Made by a program: the position numbers and the translations under genes
Source of the DNA: an uncultured bacterium
GTDB lineage: Bacteria; Margulisbacteria; WOR-1; CAVSGV01
Direction: 5' to 3'
Length of the DNA: 64,000 nucleotides
Assembly: GCA_963768305.1 (NCBI GenBank)
Contig: CAVYHE010000003.1
Span: 256,001 to 320,000, forward strand
Notes under the pieces: generated by a model
The model's database searches: none
Told to the model about the DNA's origin: nothing
What the model saw: only the letters and a program-made list of their open reading frames with translations
Shown: one piece after another, positions 62,920 to 64,000 of the stretch
How positions within the stretch are numbered: position 1 is the first letter of the stretch
Layout: each line of letters starts with the position of its first letter

Positions 62920-64000
62920 ATGAATAAAATGAAAATTGGCATCTATACCCGCGTTTCCACCGATGGACAGGCCGAAGTGGAGTTCAACTCCTGCGAGGCT
63001 CAGGAAGCCAAGATAAAAGCCTTTATCTCCAGCCAGGACAATATGGAGATATATAAAACATATTCTGACCAGGGTTACAGCGGAGCCGACACTAATCGCC
63101 CCGCCCTTATGGATTTGCTAACGGATATTCGGCAAGGCAGCATAAACTCTGTTATTGCTTATAAGATCGACCGGCTTACAAGGTCGCCGAAGGATTTCTA
63201 TCAGCTTATCGAAGTATTCGAACAGCATGATGTCAGCTTCATATCGGTAACTGAGAGGTTCGATACCTCTACGCCGTCAGGTCGTCTCCTCAGAAATATA
63301 ATGCTTACTTTCGCGCAGTTCGAGCGCGAGCTTATAAGCGAAAGGATAAGGGATAAAATGCTCGAACGCGCGAAAAAAGGGCTCTGGAATTCTGGTATTA
63401 CCCCGCTCGGCTATGGCAGAGAAAATAAGAAACTGATCATCAACGCCAATGAAACTAAGATAGTAAAAACCATCTATGATACCTATTCTAAAACCGGATC
63501 GATGGCTGCTGTATACCATAAGCTAAAAGACCAGGGAATTAGGGGAAGGAACGGCAAGATTTTTCCAAATGTAACATTATCCACAATTTTGAGAAATAGG
63601 CTTTATACCGGCAAGATAACTCATCGCGGCCAAACATATCAGGGCATCCATGAACCGATCATTTCAGAAGAGCTTTTCAGCAAAGTTCAATTGCTTCACA
63701 AGGAAAAGGTTAAAAAGGCGAAGGTTTACAACTATTCCCTTTTCACCGGGCTTGTGAACTGTAAAGAATGCGGTTCAAAAATGACTTTTGTTTTCACTAA
63801 CAAAAGCAGGAAGCAGCCCGGTCCCAAACTGAGGTATTATTATTATCGCTGTACCAGCATTTCAAAAAGGGATTTTTCTGTTTGTTCCACCAGACAGGTG
63901 AGCATGGATCGGCTTGACGATTTTGTCATAGAAAATCTCTCAAGGATCGCCGCCGATCCTAATTATGTCGACAGTTTGATTTTCAGGAACAACCACCCGG
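62920..64000 (+). CDS. Large serine recombinase, truncated by the window end (absent from the ORF track)
   Basis: IYTRVSTDGQ, D.GYSG...RP, KIDRLTRS, FAQFERELISER, later C..CGS.M...YYRC zinc ribbon. Confidence 0.92.
   Translation, partial: MNKMKIGIYTRVSTDGQAEVEFNSCEAQEAKIKAFISSQDNMEIYKTYSDQGYSGADTNRPALMDLLTDIRQGSINSVIAYKIDRLTRSPKDFYQLIEVFEQHDVSFISVTERFDTSTPSGRLLRNIMLTFAQFERELISERIRDKMLERAKKGLWNSGITPLGYGRENKKLIINANETKIVKTIYDTYSKTGSMAAVYHKLKDQGIRGRNGKIFPNVTLSTILRNRLYTGKITHRGQTYQGIHEPIISEELFSKVQLLHKEKVKKAKVYNYSLFTGLVNCKECGSKMTFVFTNKSRKQPGPKLRYYYYRCTSISKRDFSVCSTRQVSMDRLDDFVIENLSRIAADPNYVDSLIFRNNHP

Larger units (their letters stand above)
42700..64000. mobile_element. Accessory genomic island / integrative element; boundaries uncertain
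   Basis: Housekeeping genes stop after gpmI; AT-rich cargo, recombinases, R-M and nuclease genes, long inverted repeats. Confidence 0.75.

Overview
Bacterial chromosomal window in two parts. Positions 1-42.7 kb are housekeeping DNA of a diderm bacterium: thrC, hisS-aspS, a 6S-like RNA, purA-queC-amj-ribF, ispG-purBSQ, LptD-like/mlaDFE, argS, split transketolase, mraY-murD-ftsW-murG-murC-murB, secG and gpmI. Taxonomy cannot be fixed from this window. Many essential genes carry single-base frameshifts, which I read as long-read indel errors. A 28-bp dif-like site at 18535-18562 lies where gene orientation flips from mostly + to entirely -, so this is probably the replication terminus. From about 42.7 kb to the end is an accessory island. 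Two ~920-bp non-coding long inverted repeats (44453-45378 and 61048-61967) enclose ~15.7 kb. Each repeat carries a 35-bp lox-like palindrome whose arm motif recurs three times, 21-22 bp apart, in front of a catalytically degenerate tyrosine-recombinase/AAA-ATPase/transmembrane fusion gene. The enclosed cargo is a stand-alone FtsZ C-terminal domain, PD-(D/E)XK nucleases, a YdjM-like hydrolase with coiled coil, a Wza-like export domain, a papain-like protease, a 1209-aa Cap4-like nuclease-helical protein, a type IIG/ISP-like R-M enzyme, an A-poor SLOG/DprA-like gene and DUF3800. An XRE regulator and a large serine recombinase lie outside the right repeat. All family calls are from motif recognition by eye; no searches were run.
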